Shown: in pieces, positions 25,616-38,361 of the stretch | Numbering within the stretch: position 1 is the stretch's first letter | Layout of the letters: each line of letters opens with the position of its first letter | Assembly (NCBI GenBank): GCA_008632985.1 | Contig: QPGO01000003.1 | Span: 744,001 to 808,000, forward strand | From: Psammoneis japonica | Taxonomy: Eukaryota | Length of the DNA: 64,000 nucleotides | Direction of reading: 5' to 3' | Position numbers and translations under genes: made by a program | The notes under the pieces: generated by a model | Database searches by the model: none | What the model saw: only the letters and a program-made list of their open reading frames with translations | Told to the model about the DNA's origin: nothing

Positions 25616-25850
25616 TCATCCCTGAGACAGAGCAGAGGCAAACGACCACAATGCCATTCCAATCAGATTGGGCGAGCAGATGTTTTGGTTGAATTGACAT
25701 GACATCCAGATTATCGGCTTCAACAGAGATGATTGACATCAATCAGTGACACTCAATACGTAGACGGCAAGTAACGTAAATAAAGTGCTGGCTGATCAAA
25801 AATTTCCCTCCCCGCCGTAGAACTTGGTACAGTCTTCACGTAAAAAGATA

Positions 25851-27945
25851 CTACGAATTCGGAAACAATTGCGCGTTTTCCAGCGCGAAGGTCGAATATC
25901 GCGCCTGAACCGACGATCGGCGCTTCGCGCAAAACTCATGTAGAAATACGTAGAAAACATACTAGAGCTAGAACTCCAGAACGGAGAAAATCATCTGAAT
26001 GGTGCGCGTATCATCACAATGATGTTGTTGCGTCCCTTCGTGAGCGTTTCTTACTACCATGCCACCCACAAAGAGACGAAAGCATTGTGTTCCTGCTCAA
26101 GCACCTGGAGATACAGTGACTCATCCGTCTAGTGGTGGCACTAGAGGCTATTCCCAGGCTCAACTTTTTTCCGGAGAGGTTTCTGGAGATGACGCCCGCG
26201 CCGACCCATACTCGGCCTTGTTTGAGCTATTCTTGATCGTTTTTGTTCATTGAAGACATGTCTTTTACTTTTAGGAGGTATAATTGATAGGTGAGACCCT
26301 TGGTTTGGTGAGAAACGGAGTAGTCGTTGTGTAGAAATCAAAAAATGGGTCTTTTCCATTTTTGGGCGGCAAAACCCATACTTTGATGTTATTTCGTTCA
26401 ATACACCTCCTCTGTTGCCTCCCATTGCTGTTATCTCTTTATTATAGATACGAAAAGTATCCCCTGTCTTGGGTATGCTGTGTGTATGATCTGTGGCGAG
26501 AAATATTGCTCACATTCGTGTGGTCTCGCATCGGCATTTTGAGACTACCACCGACCCATACTTTGATGTTTATTCGTTCATTTGGTCTCTTTACTCTCAC
26601 TTCTTTGATCGAATCTTTACTTTATAGTTGTGGTAGCATCATTCTGTCTTGGAAGCACAATAAATCCAACAAGAAATGCCAAGCAGAGGTTACAGTATGG
26701 TTGACGCGTCCACAGACGGAAAAGCACTGATGTCGCACCGACAAATGCTGACGAAGATAATCGAATTCCTATCGACAATATCGAAGTCGGAAGTACTGGC
26801 AACACATCAAACGATTCATCCTGTGATTCCTCCACTCATGATTTTCTAGTGAACGCGCTGACATTGTAAAACATGAGGATTGTAGTCAGCACTCGACTCT
26901 CGGATACACGAACAGCCGAGGAGCATGATGCTACCAATGAAAATGGGGGAATACTAGCTTCAGATAATAGAAGAATTGTTAGGTGTCACCATTCTATTTT
27001 ATGATTCTATTAGCAGTAGTATCCAACAGACTAGACTAACGGGAAAAGCGCATTCTCTGCAAGCGAGGAGAAGGCGTCGGCACATGGCACATGTCGCAGT
27101 TGGTTTTATCGATGAATACTTCTTGCCACAGCTCGCACCCACAGCAAATTCAAGACAGAACGATACTACCACAACTATAAAGTAAAGATTCGATCAAAGA
27201 AGTGAGAGTAAAGAGACCAAATGAACGAATAAACATTAAAGTATGGGTCGGTGGTAGTCTCAAAATGCCGATGCGAGACCACACGAATGTGAGCAATATT
27301 TCTCGCCACAGATCATACACACAGCATACCCAAGACAGGGGATACTTTTCGTATCTGTGATAAAGAGATAACAGCAATGGGAGGCAACAGAGGAGGTGTA
27401 TTGAACGAAATAACATCAAAGCATGGGTCGTGACCATTCCTGATTATCCGGTCAATCCAGTCAATGTGACAGTGCAATGTTTCTCACCACAGATCGAATA
27501 CACAGCATGACCAAGACAGTGAGTACCTTTCATATCTATAATAGAGAGACACCAGCAATCGCAGGCAACAGAGGAGGTGTTTTTAACGAATAAAGATCAA
27601 AGCATGGGTTTTGCCGCTCAAAATTGGAAAACACCCATTTTTTGATTTCAACACAACGACAACTCCATTTTTCGCCAAACCAAGGGGCTTACCTAACAAT
27701 CAGACCTCCTAAAAGTAATATCCATGTCTTCAATGAACGAAAACGATCAAGAACAGCTCAAACAAGGCCGAGTCTGGATCGGCGCTGCGCTATGTAAAAA
27801 AAAATCCACGCTCCAGGAAAAAGTCTCTCTCTAGTATGTTTTCTACGCATTTCTACACAAATCTTGCGCGAAGCTCCGATCGTTGCTTCGGGATGAAAAT
27901 TTGAGCTTCGCGCACGAAAACGCGCAATTGTTTCCGAATTCGTAG
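25851..27945. mobile_element. Non-autonomous foldback-type DNA element with long inverted arms, flanked by TA (Tc1/mariner-like TSD)
   Basis: TA|CTACGAATTCGGAAACAATTGCGCGTTTTC ... GAAAACGCGCAATTGTTTCCGAATTCGTAG|TA. Further inverted homology links ~26205-26650 and ~27150-27780. Confidence 0.8.
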
Positions 27946-28282
27946 TATCCATGACCAACAACTGACCCGCCGATCATAACGAGTGATCAAACGGACCACG
28001 TACGCACGGCCGGGGCAGGGGATATGAGAATCCGAATCATTCGACTGGATATGTCATAACGTCTTCTGAATAGTATCCTTCCGTTTTTGTCCGTTGAATG
28101 TTTTTGTATCCATCAAGTAGATACCATCATCTTTTATTCAAATGCCTATGTATTTATAATGTCAGTGTTGATCCAAAAATTCGAAAAAAATATTGCAAGA
28201 ATCCGCACAATGATCGGTTGCCAGTTGCCAGTGGGTTCCAGGTTGTGGACGAGTGAATACCGTGCTCAAGTAAGTTCTCACA

Positions 28283-29749
28283 ATGGGAACGACGACCTCA
28301 TCGCAAGAATCGCGAAAACATCCATGCTCATTGAGCATACGGCGACAGTCCAAGGCAATTCTGGGTCTTTGCATTGTGTTTGTTCTCGTCGGCGACTTTG
28401 GCATAGTGGAGTACGTTCGACTTTCGGATTCAACGACGCAATCAATTCACCACGAAAAGAAGAATGGAATGGAGCAAACAAAACAAGCAAACTCAAATCT
28501 TACTTCAAGACCACGGAAAATGCAATACACTGCTCTCGCTTCAAACGCAACAAATCGCACAGATGTAAAGGAAAATGTGGCGGCGAAACCAAGACAAGAA
28601 GCAATCTCAACATTTCCTACGAAACCAAGGATATTATTTCTAAATCCTGCTCTTGCGTCACAAGCACGAAAACCTACAGTCCAATTGGTTTATCCGATTG
28701 GTATGAATGCGAGCATTCCAAAACCGCCGGTCCGCGTCAAGAAAGAAGATCGTCCGTTTTACGAAGAATGCGAACCTATTGGTGATTGGCAAACGCGGTT
28801 TCATCCAACGTGCAATGCCATGCATGAAATTGACATTGCTGCTTTTAATGGTGACAACGCAAAAGCGCATGTTCTTTCGCGTCGTGGTACTTGGAGATTG
28901 GTTTGGAAAGTTCGTCTGGGCACCAAGTGGTTCGTATTGAAAACGTTGCATTTCGAACGCGAGTTCGATGCAAAGACATTCCCACATGCCATTGTGGATG
29001 CGATTGCAATGGAAAGACTCACTTCGTCACCCTTCCATGTCAATTCCTATGGCTTTTGTGGACAATCCATAGTTTCAGAGTATGCTCCAAATGAAGCAAC
29101 GGTTCTTATCAAGAATTCTCATTTCAGTGTTCACCGCCATGGTATTTTCTTCGCACGTCAGTTGGCACTCGGGATGCATCATATGCATTACATGGGCAAT
29201 GAAGGCTTACCATCATTTAGTCACAATGACATCAAAAGTGCCAACATGGTGTGGACATCGAATGGCCTAATCAAGTACAATGATTTCAATCTTGGTTTGC
29301 TACTTCGGCGAAATACAACTTCCAAGGAACCATGTGGATTCGCTCCCCACTTTATCAATCCAAAATGGCATGCCCCTGAAATAATCAAACATGATAGCTA
29401 CGTTTCGGAAAAGGCTGACATCTTTGCTCTGGGCAATATCTTTTTTCTCATCTTGACCAAGCACGACGCGTGGAAGCTAGAACTGGGTCGAAATCCGCGT
29501 ACGGAAACAAAACGGGAAAAGAAACTGGACGGTGTCCTGCCCTACCTGCCGGAAAAATATGCCAACACAAGTGTGTTTGAAGAGCGGGCAATAATTACTG
29601 CGTACAAAGCGTGCTTTCAGCATGATCCAAAGAACAGACCATCAGCACTCAGCTTGAGTCAAGCGTTTGCAAAAGTGATAGAATGGAGGAAAAAGGGAAA
29701 GAAAGGTACAGAACAGGAGCTACGGAAGCTCTTTCATCTAGTTGAATAG
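28283..29749 (+). CDS. N-terminally membrane-anchored protein kinase-like protein (paralog 1)
   Basis: 488-aa ORF. TM segment ILGLCIVFVLVG; motifs VLKTL, HNDIKSAN, NDFN, APE, DIFALG, and RP in subdomain XI. Confidence 0.88.
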   Translation: MGTTTSSQESRKHPCSLSIRRQSKAILGLCIVFVLVGDFGIVEYVRLSDSTTQSIHHEKKNGMEQTKQANSNLTSRPRKMQYTALASNATNRTDVKENVAAKPRQEAISTFPTKPRILFLNPALASQARKPTVQLVYPIGMNASIPKPPVRVKKEDRPFYEECEPIGDWQTRFHPTCNAMHEIDIAAFNGDNAKAHVLSRRGTWRLVWKVRLGTKWFVLKTLHFEREFDAKTFPHAIVDAIAMERLTSSPFHVNSYGFCGQSIVSEYAPNEATVLIKNSHFSVHRHGIFFARQLALGMHHMHYMGNEGLPSFSHNDIKSANMVWTSNGLIKYNDFNLGLLLRRNTTSKEPCGFAPHFINPKWHAPEIIKHDSYVSEKADIFALGNIFFLILTKHDAWKLELGRNPRTETKREKKLDGVLPYLPEKYANTSVFEERAIITAYKACFQHDPKNRPSALSLSQAFAKVIEWRKKGKKGTEQELRKLFHLVE

Positions 29750-30382
29750 GACACTCTTTCTTTGCGGCTAATGATCCCTCTCTAGAGTAGAGAGCGAGTC
29801 ATTTTGCGAGACAGTTGGCCGCTGAGATCAACCCAAATGTGAGAAACTGATCTCATCAACGGAAAAAAGCGTTCATGATGTGGCAAACGAATGCGATCGT
29901 CCTTGCTTTCCAGTCACTCCTGCTCTACCGGTAGCAGCTAACTGGTAGGCCCCCCTCTCTCTACTCTCTAGTAGTCCCTTGTAGTCCCTCCAGGCCCTCT
30001 CTACGGTACGGTACGGTAGGGCTAGCTCTCTAGAGAGCAGAGCAGTAAGGGCCCTATGTACTGTACGGTACAAGGTTTACGTCCGATGGACTTATTCGAC
30101 TTAACGTAGTCACGACTCGACTCACGACTCACCAAGCCGGCCGGTCCGGGAACTTTCCAACAGCACCATACTGACTCAGATAAATATTTCTATCGGTATG
30201 GATACACATTATTTGTTTGTACTGTAGGAGAGAATTATTTTTCGGAAATTTCCGCCGACGATCGCATGTCGCAACAAGTACTTCTAGGTAACAAGGTAAA
30301 GTACAAGGTTTAACAGTAACACGAACCTGGTAAGCACGTGAGCGTTTTCGATTCCTTCACTTACAGCTTACAGCAAGTTGTC

Positions 30383-31711
30383 ATGGTCGAAGCAATGTCT
30401 TCAACCGGAGAATCGCGTCAAAGTCGATGTTCACGGAGCACGTGGCGACGGTCCACAGCAATTCTAGCTCTCTGTTATGCCTTCTTTCTCATCGGTGACT
30501 CTGGCGTCGTCGAGTACATACGAATTTCGATTTCAACACCACAGTCAAGACACAACAAGAAACAAGCCAACTCAACATTTGTAGCAAGACCAAGGATAAT
30601 ACTGCTGTATCCGTCTCTTGCTTCAAAACCAACAAATCATACTCTCAGATCGGTTTATCCCATTGGTACGAATGTTAGCATTTCTAAACCGATCCCAATC
30701 AAAGAATTCGATCGTCCCTTCTATGAAGATTGCGAACCTTATGGTGATTGGCAGACGCAATTTCATTCAACGTGCAATTCTTTCCATGAAATTGACATTG
30801 ATGGGGCTTTCGAACGTGATAGGACAGAAATGCAAGTTCTTGGAGAAGGTTCGTGGAGATTGGTTTGGAAAGTTCGTCTGGGTGAGAAGTGGTTCGTATT
30901 GAAAACGTTGCGTTTCGAACAGGAATTCAATGAGGTGTCGTACCCACATGCCATTGTGGACGCGGTTGTAATGGAGAGACTCACGTCTTCACCATTTGTA
31001 GCAAATTTTTATGGCTTTTGTGGACAATCGGTTGTTACCGAATTTGGTCAAACGCCACTGAACGGTTTGATTCAGAACGTGAACTTTACAAGCAAACATG
31101 ATGGCATTTTCTTAGCGCGGGACTTGGCCATTGGAATGCATGATTTGCATTACATTGGCAATGCATCACAGCCAACATTTTGCCACAACGATGTGAAGAT
31201 TGCCAACTTCATTCGAGATTCGAAAGGCTTTATCAAATACAACGATTTCAATGTTGGTGTGCTACTTCGGCGCAACGCAACTTCCAAAAAACCCTGTGGA
31301 TTCCCTCCCTCCTACATCAACTTACGATATAACGCCCCAGAAGAAATCAGAAATCAGGCTTTCGTGACCGAGAAAGTTGATATCTTCGCTCTGGGTAACA
31401 TATACTTCCTTATCTTGACCAAGCGTGAACCGTTCCATTGGGAACCGGGTGGACCGCCACCCAAGGAAACAATGGTGCAAAACAAATTGAGCGGTATCTT
31501 GCCCTTCTTGCCGGAAAACATTGCCAACTCTACAATGATTGAAGAGCGGGCGTTGATCACTGCGTACAAAGCTTGCTTTCAGTCCGATCCAAATAACAGG
31601 CCAACGGCACTAAGATTGAGTCAAGCGTTTGGGAAAGTTATTGAATGGACTAAACAGGAAAAGAAAACTACTGACAAAGAGCTACGGAAGCTCTTTCATT
31701 TAGTAGAATAG
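30383..31711 (+). CDS. N-terminally membrane-anchored protein kinase-like protein (paralog 2)
   Basis: Motifs GEGSWRLVW, HNDVKIAN, NDFN, APE. Clear tandem paralog of 28283-29749, with the identical end ELRKLFHLVE. Confidence 0.88.
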   Translation: MVEAMSSTGESRQSRCSRSTWRRSTAILALCYAFFLIGDSGVVEYIRISISTPQSRHNKKQANSTFVARPRIILLYPSLASKPTNHTLRSVYPIGTNVSISKPIPIKEFDRPFYEDCEPYGDWQTQFHSTCNSFHEIDIDGAFERDRTEMQVLGEGSWRLVWKVRLGEKWFVLKTLRFEQEFNEVSYPHAIVDAVVMERLTSSPFVANFYGFCGQSVVTEFGQTPLNGLIQNVNFTSKHDGIFLARDLAIGMHDLHYIGNASQPTFCHNDVKIANFIRDSKGFIKYNDFNVGVLLRRNATSKKPCGFPPSYINLRYNAPEEIRNQAFVTEKVDIFALGNIYFLILTKREPFHWEPGGPPPKETMVQNKLSGILPFLPENIANSTMIEERALITAYKACFQSDPNNRPTALRLSQAFGKVIEWTKQEKKTTDKELRKLFHLVE

Positions 31712-31827
31712 AGTGGTGTTGTCACACTGCCTCTGGTTCTTGTACAGCGACTGAACTGGGATAATGCATGATAACTAGGTTGTAAGGAGGATTCAGCAAC
31801 CACCCTTTGTATAAAAATAAACACTCT

Positions 31828-32507
31828 CTATCGTCTCCGCTCGCCTTTTGTAGCACGTTTTCGACGTTCTTCCTTTAGCTTTTGCTTGGCCTCCTTGGCT
31901 TCTTTGGTCTTTATTTGTTCCGTCTTTTTACTTGTATTGTGTGCTTGTCGTGTTTTGCGCGCTTCGTCCACTGTGTGTTTGGTCGCCTCTTGCTTGTTGA
32001 AACTCACTGGCGTTTCTGATTTCTTCTTATTGTCGCTTGTTGTTGTTTTGAGATTGCCGTCGTGATCGTACTCTTCCGACTCGTCGTACGCAAAGCGCTC
32101 CATCAGGGCGCGTTTGGTGGCGTCCAATTCCTCTTTTGGCTCGTGTTGGTGTTCTATTCCAATTCCTTTTGTTTCGCCAATTCAATTTCCTTTTGTAGCA
32201 TATCGTGCTCTTGTTGCTTTTTCTTGGCAAGCTCGTCTTGGTGTGCCTGGAGGGCCTCTTCGCGTGCTTGGCATGCAATTCTGTAATTTCCAGTTTGAAT
32301 TGTTCCCACGCGGCATCGTCGTCACCGTGGGATTCTGATGAGGCACGCAACAATTCCAATACATCTTCCGAAAGCAATTCATCATCATCGTCATCATCGT
32401 CGTTCTCGACGGTTCCCGTCACGTACGGACCATAGTCTCAAAGTCCAACCCCAATTCAGGCAGTCGCGTTTCGAGAAAGCTCGAAGATAATGGTCGTCTT
32501 CTGACAT
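31828..32507 (-). CDS. CCDC43: CCDC43-like coiled-coil protein (frameshifted in this sequence)
   Basis: Fragments LDFETYGPYVTG, ELLRASSE, KRALMERFAY and C-terminal KEERRKRATKGERRR are typical of CCDC43. Confidence 0.65.
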
Positions 32508-33089
32508 TATGTGTTTTCCAGAGTCTTCAATAAAGCACTTGAATAATACAAAAGAATGTAGATAGGTTGTTGAGAAGATGATTGAGTAGATGGACTGCTG
32601 CTCTCGTTGTTCGTTGTGAAAAGTAGGTCGGAGGGAGTTGTTGTTCGTTGCTTGGCGGTTGCGCTTTCGCAAAAAAAAAAACGGAATCAACTCACCACTT
32701 ACTAAAACTTTTCTACGTAGGACTTGGTACATTTCTGCGTACCCCACACGGTGGCATGCGACCCGCACAAAATCACGTGCTCTGTCGCTTTCATTCATCG
32801 CAAGGTATGTCGTTTCTCTTGTTCTTGTGTGAATGTCTTGGATGTAGAGCTTATGCGACAGACAATAATATTTGACGTAATTTGATGAAACGAAAACAAA
32901 GAAACAAGCAGAGAGCGTTGTGGAGTGCCGTCATCTTTTTCGTTTCCGCCGTCATGGTCTTGACTGCGCGCGCGCGTTCATCGTGCAGTACAGTCTGTCG
33001 TGACACCGTGGTTCCTGCGTTTTTCCCTCACTTTTTTTTCTCACTGTGCGTTTCTGCTTTGTCGCTTTAGTGTTTTTGTTTCAAACAAA

Positions 33090-33406
33090 ATGACAGTCAA
33101 GAGGCGCAATCACGGACGCAACAAGAAGGGCCGCGGTCACGTCAAGCGTGTCCGTTGTGCTTCCACGGGCAAGGCCATTCCCAAGGACAAGGCAATCAAG
33201 CGTTTTATGTCCGTAACATTGTCGATGCTTCGTCTCTGCGAGATATCAAGGAAGCATCGGCCTACGCCGAATACCAGCTTCCCAAGCTTTATTTGAAAAT
33301 GTACTATTGTGTCGAAGCCGCGGTGCATCAGCGTATTGTGCGTGGTCGTTCCAAGGAGGGGCGTCGTGTCCGTACTCCTCCGGAACGCAGGTTTGGGCGT
33401 AAATAA
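33090..33406 (+). CDS. RPS26: 40S ribosomal protein S26 (eS26), with an apparent 1-nt deletion near 33210
   Basis: [33 protein letters not shown] / [38 protein letters not shown]. Confidence 0.95.
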
Positions 33407-33457
33407 ATTTAAAGTTATAGTAACGAGGGTTATTCAACATGTAAATGGAGTGCAGTC

Positions 33458-35660
33458 TTATGCGTTTGATGATTTTGATCGTCTGTAACGTCGTTCAAGG
33501 TAACCTCTGGCTTGAGACATGAACCCGGCAGCGGACGCGCTCAAACTCTTGTTTATTGCGCCATTGTTCCTGGTAGGCCGACTTGGTGTTTTCGACCCAT
33601 TGTTGTTCTCCGCTTCCCGATCGGCATGTTTGAACGTCACGCCACCTGGTAAACCATATGCCATAATGATGGCAGGCGGAGGCGCAATGCTTGCCAGTGC
33701 CTTTTGCAGACTGAGTCCGCCCTTGTGGCACACCAGTGTGACTTGGGATTCAAAAATCCACAAGGCACGGCTCGACTCGAGCAAATCATCGACATTGGTG
33801 GACGGGTACGCTTGCAACAATCGTAGACACTTGCTAAAGTCACCCTTGAGTAGTTCCTTCCGGACAATCATGACCATGGTGACACAGACATAGCGCAAAA
33901 AATTCTCCTTGTGCGTCGAGGCAAACATGGAATCCCACAAGCGGATCGTATCCGGAAGTAAGAATTCTCTCGACAAGAGCGTAGTGAGCCATCGAATGGC
34001 GTAAAAGGAAGCATCAATGCCACAATCGTTCAAGTGAGCGCTAACCTCGGGATCGTGCAGCGATAGTAGGGATACGACATTAGAGATTCGACCCTGAATG
34101 CCAGTGTCGGCCTCGTCCAAGTCTGGGACAAAGACATCACGCATCTCACCATGAGAATGTTAAAGAGAAAGTATGCATCCGCCTCGGCGTGGCAGGCCCA
34201 CTCTTCATTAAAATCATTGGCAAGAACGTAATCTATCAAATCGAGAGAGGGGGGGGAGAGGAAGATATGATAATGAGAGTATTCAGGCAAGCCATTATGT
34301 GGGGGCTGAATTGCAATAAGGCACTTACATATTGTTGCCACGATTTCATTCATGCCCTGTACATATCGAACCTACAAACAGACACAAGAGGCAAAGCTTG
34401 CATAATGAGCAAAAGTCATTGCAGAACAATAACTGTACATATGAACCACAAAAAACTCACCCCCTTGTTGAGTTTAGCCCACACAAACAAAATACGCTCA
34501 ATGGCCGCATACCGTCTCTGACCGAGATTTTGTTTGGGTTCCAAAAAGAAGAATAAATCGGGATGTGTCCGAACCACGTCTTTGCGAATTTCATCCAGCA
34601 ACAAGGCATTTTCATAGAAAAATTGCCACTTTGCCTGTGATTCGACATTGTCATTCTTCTGATTATTATCATCGTCGTCATCGGCCACGAGAAGCGTGTT
34701 GAGTCCCTTGATGCTTCCCGCCATGCTCGATAGAGCCTTGGTATCCCGGCCACTCTCTTTCCATTGTTTCTTAATGCTCGCTGGAATAATCATTTCCGCA
34801 TTGCGTGGTTTCACTCTTGTTGTTGTGGTAGCAGCAGAAGCAGCAGATTCTTCACCATTCGACTGCTGTTGTTGATTTTGTTGTTCCTTTTTATACGCAT
34901 CCATCAAATCTCCCATGCCGATTGTTTTTAAAAAATTACGGGTCCGTTCCGATCGATCCGAAACACAATCCTTTGTCACCTTGACGAGCTCTCGCGTACG
35001 ATTGGAAAGCTCCGATACGGTATCCAAGAGGGGCGAGTCGTCGGTCGGGATATCCCCCAAACTCTTGCATCGACGTAGCGATGCTTCCTCCCAAAAGGTT
35101 GGAGCATAACTAATGCTGTTGCGGCGTTGAATGGATTTGTTGGTGGGAAAGAGCTCTTCGTGTGGATCAATGGGTTTTTCCGGAGACAGTTTTCCATGGC
35201 TTTTGTTGTTCCTGTTGCATAATTTCACAACCACGTCTCGAGTGATGTCCTCGCAAATCACTGCCATTGGCATCGCTCGTTTCAACAAACAGCTCCTTGA
35301 CGAGCGTTCGATACAGGGTTCGTTCCTTTTTCAACAAATCATTCCACTTGTTCGTTTCGGGTGGCAAGTACCCCAGTAAGACTCTCCATGCGACGGCACG
35401 ATGACTCCCCTTGTCCACGACTCCTTGAGACACAATTCTTCGTAATTTCGACAACTCAATCACGTGACTTGGTTTCTTTGTTGTTGTTGTTGTTGTCCAT
35501 AAGAGATTCTCCCCAGCGGCCTTGATACAAGTCATCATCAAGACCGGAGGGCGAAATCACTTTGGATAATGGTTTTAGTACTGTTTGTTTTTGTAGGAGT
35601 ACTGTATGGAGAACCACCACCATTCTGTGATATAACAATGTTGTCTACTCCAAAGAGACA
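33458..35660 (-). CDS. TBC-domain Rab GTPase-activating protein (TBC1D13-like), multi-exon; start uncertain
   Basis: RAVAWRVLLGYLP, IRKDVVRTHP (R finger), YVQGMNE (Q finger; small exon ~34330-34373), EADAYFLF, FYAIRWLTTLLSREF..RLWDS. Confidence 0.85.
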
Positions 35661-36399
35661 TTCATCAATGGGACCAGGATCCTTATTGTTGTTCTTGGCA
35701 GCAGACATGACTTTGTATTGCGCTCTTTCTGGAGAACGGATAGTAAGAACAAGCCGTCCCAGTGTGTTTCAAAACAGAGGCATATACGAAACAAAGAGCT
35801 CTTTTCTCTGTATGCACCAAGCTCAATCTGAATACCAGCAACAATAGAACAAAAGGTTTATGGATACAGCAACAATCGACAGCAAAACGATAATAACGAA
35901 CATCAACACCGTTGCGAGAATGGGAGCGAGCGTTGAATGTCGTTTTGATTTTTTTTCTGCCGACGAAAATTGAACCGGTAAAATGACCCATCAAATGTCG
36001 AATCTACGTGTTCGTAGGTATCCATAGTACTGTGTCTGGGGGAGGACCCACGAAATGAGTTGTTTGAGTCGAACGATTCGATTTTCTGCGAGAGTCCAAC
36101 GAACTTTTTTTTTGGTGCGTCGAAACGTGAATGAAAACACAAGACCGTTGCTGCTGTTGTTGCTGCTGCTCCTGTTACGCTCTGTTTCCATTGACCTTGT
36201 TTCCATACACTCATCAACTGTAACTCTTTCCTTATTGACGCATCATAGATTGGTAAGCGGATTGGATTGGCGTTGCTTTCTCAAGGTATACCACAAAAAG
36301 AGGGATCGAGCGAGTCAGTCACGAATTGAGTCTTGGTTTTCTCGCTCACCCTATATTCTTATTGCTGCGTCCTCTCTCTCAGAATATATATACTGCAAC

Positions 36400-37178
36400 A
36401 TGAATTTCTGGAAAAAGCAACCAACTCCAAAAGAGGCGGCAAAAGCAGCCAAGAGGGAGACTCGACGAGAAGTTCGAGTAAGTTATTCTCTCTCTTTTAA
36501 TTACGTTTTGATGTCTGAAAATTTCTGAATTTCATAGACACCTTGATTTGTCGTTCTGACTCTCTCTCTCTTTCTTTATAGAGTTCACAACGAGACATTG
36601 ATCGCGAGATTCGCGAATTGGATCGTCAGGAAAAACAAATTACGGCGGAATTAAAACAACGGGCCAAGGCCCCGGGCGTCAATCCCTCCAAAGACTCGGC
36701 GTTAAAGGCACTCGCCAAACAACTCGTGGCGGTCCGGGCACAACGCGAAAAGCTCTTTTCCACCAAGGCACACCTTGGTGCGGTGGGTATGCACGCCACC
36801 AGCATGGCATCCCAAGTGGCCGCCACAGCGGCGATTGGGTCCGTGTCCGAAGCCATGGCGTCGGCCAACAAAGCGGTGGATGCCAAGGAAACGGCAAAGA
36901 TCATGGCGGAATTTACAAAACAAAATGAAACCATTCAAGTCAAGGAGGAAATGATGGATGATGTTTTGATGGATGCATTTGATACAGAAGAATTGGATGA
37001 ACAAGCTGAGGATGTGACGAATCAAGTCTTGGCAGAGTTGGGAGTGGAAATGGATAGTAAACTGGTGGGACTTGATGCGCCGTTGGCAAAACCGCAGGGC
37101 GAAGAAGTGGCAGAGGAAGAGCAAGAGGCACTCGACGCTGCATTGCCGGATTTGAAGGCGAGATTGGATGCGTTGTAA
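36400..37178 (+). CDS. CHMP2: ESCRT-III Snf7-family protein (CHMP2/VPS2-like); exons 36400-36477 and 36582-37178
   Basis: QRDIDREIRELDRQEK..LAKQLV..KEEMMDD..VTNQVLAELG..DLKARLDAL. Phase-0 intron GTAAGT..TAG. Confidence 0.85.
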
Positions 37179-37793
37179 AAAAAGATATAGTGATGCTGAA
37201 AAATTCTGTTGTTGCCGGGTGCGAAATGCACTGCACGGCTTTGGCCTCCACATCATGTGTACCGGTAAGCCTAGTATTCTCTCTAGAGAGTTCGTTTTTG
37301 TCCTCTTCTTGTGGTTGCCCTCTTTCCGTTCAATTCAAGTTTTGACTCGCAGTGTGGTGTGGTCGGTGTATGCTCCATGCTGCGACGATAACCCGGACGT
37401 AGGAGCATAAAATACTGTAACCGCGCGCGACCTGCAAATCGTGCATACAGTAGCGCATAGGCCTAGCCCTACCGGTAGCGGCATGAGGTGAAGGTGATGA
37501 GTTCAAACTTGCATGCGTTTATTTGCCTTTCGTAAACGATTTTCGACTCATGGCATCTCTTGCGAACACAATCTGGCCATAAAGCACGCTCTTGACCAAC
37601 GCTGATTTGAGAAGATAACTGAAGCCATAATTCCCATGTGACAATGGCATGTTTAATTTCACAAATTGAAGCCAGCGTTGTCTCGTTGTTCTTGGTTTTG
37701 CTGGTGTTGTGTACTTTCTCGATCCTTAGTCACCAAACTAACGCAATGCCGTGTTTGACGCCGCCAAAACAGAACCCCTTCTCTTGCCAAGCA

Positions 37794-38361
37794 ATGACTC
37801 CAGCCATGTGGATGACTGCCACTTTCTTCCTTTTACTTGGAAACTCGTCCCACGCCTTGTCAGTGCATTCCTTGCAGTCACATTCCAAAGCGACGTCGCA
37901 ACGGCATCCGATGGCCCTATCTTACAGGAATTCCGCTACCCCATCCACCGAGCCCAAGAAGCTGCCTGGACTGAAAAAGACCGAAATGAAGGAAACCTCC
38001 AGGATGGTCCCAACGGGACGCAGAAAGTGGGGTGTCGACAAGGACCATCACGATGAGTACTGGTTTAGCAAGAGGATTCATACTCTCGAAAACACTGGCT
38101 TCCTCGGTGCCGTACATGCTGCAATTTCTCCGATTGCGGCCAAAATGATTGATGATCAGGCTTGTAGAGGAGTCGACATTCGTCAAAGTGTAAGCTGACT
38201 ATGCTGTGTACAGTGGCGTGAATCGTGGTTTGGTGTACGCGAATGCTAAACGTTGCTTGCATTGTCGTTCCAATCTCACAGATCTCCAAGGAGCTCGACG
38301 GACAATTCAAGTCAAGCAAAGCACGAGTGCTTGATCTCTGCTGTGGTGTTGGCATGTCTAC
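37794..38361 (+). pseudogene. 5' fragment of a class I SAM methyltransferase gene, truncated right after motif I
   Basis: Signal-like N-terminus, then EYWFSKRIHTLENTGFLGAVHAA, intron 38190-38281, then RVLDLCCGVGMST. Homology ends there, beside the TE cluster. Confidence 0.6.

Noticed and set aside
26362..27437. Two near-identical ORFs on opposite strands (26362+ and 27150-) as duplicated genes
   Set aside because: They are translations of the inverted arms of the foldback element and have no protein-like features.
31828..35660. Frameshifts in CCDC43, RPS26 and the TBC gene as pseudogenes or programmed frameshifting
   Set aside because: Scattered 1-nt indels in otherwise well-conserved housekeeping genes are most simply explained as unpolished assembly errors.
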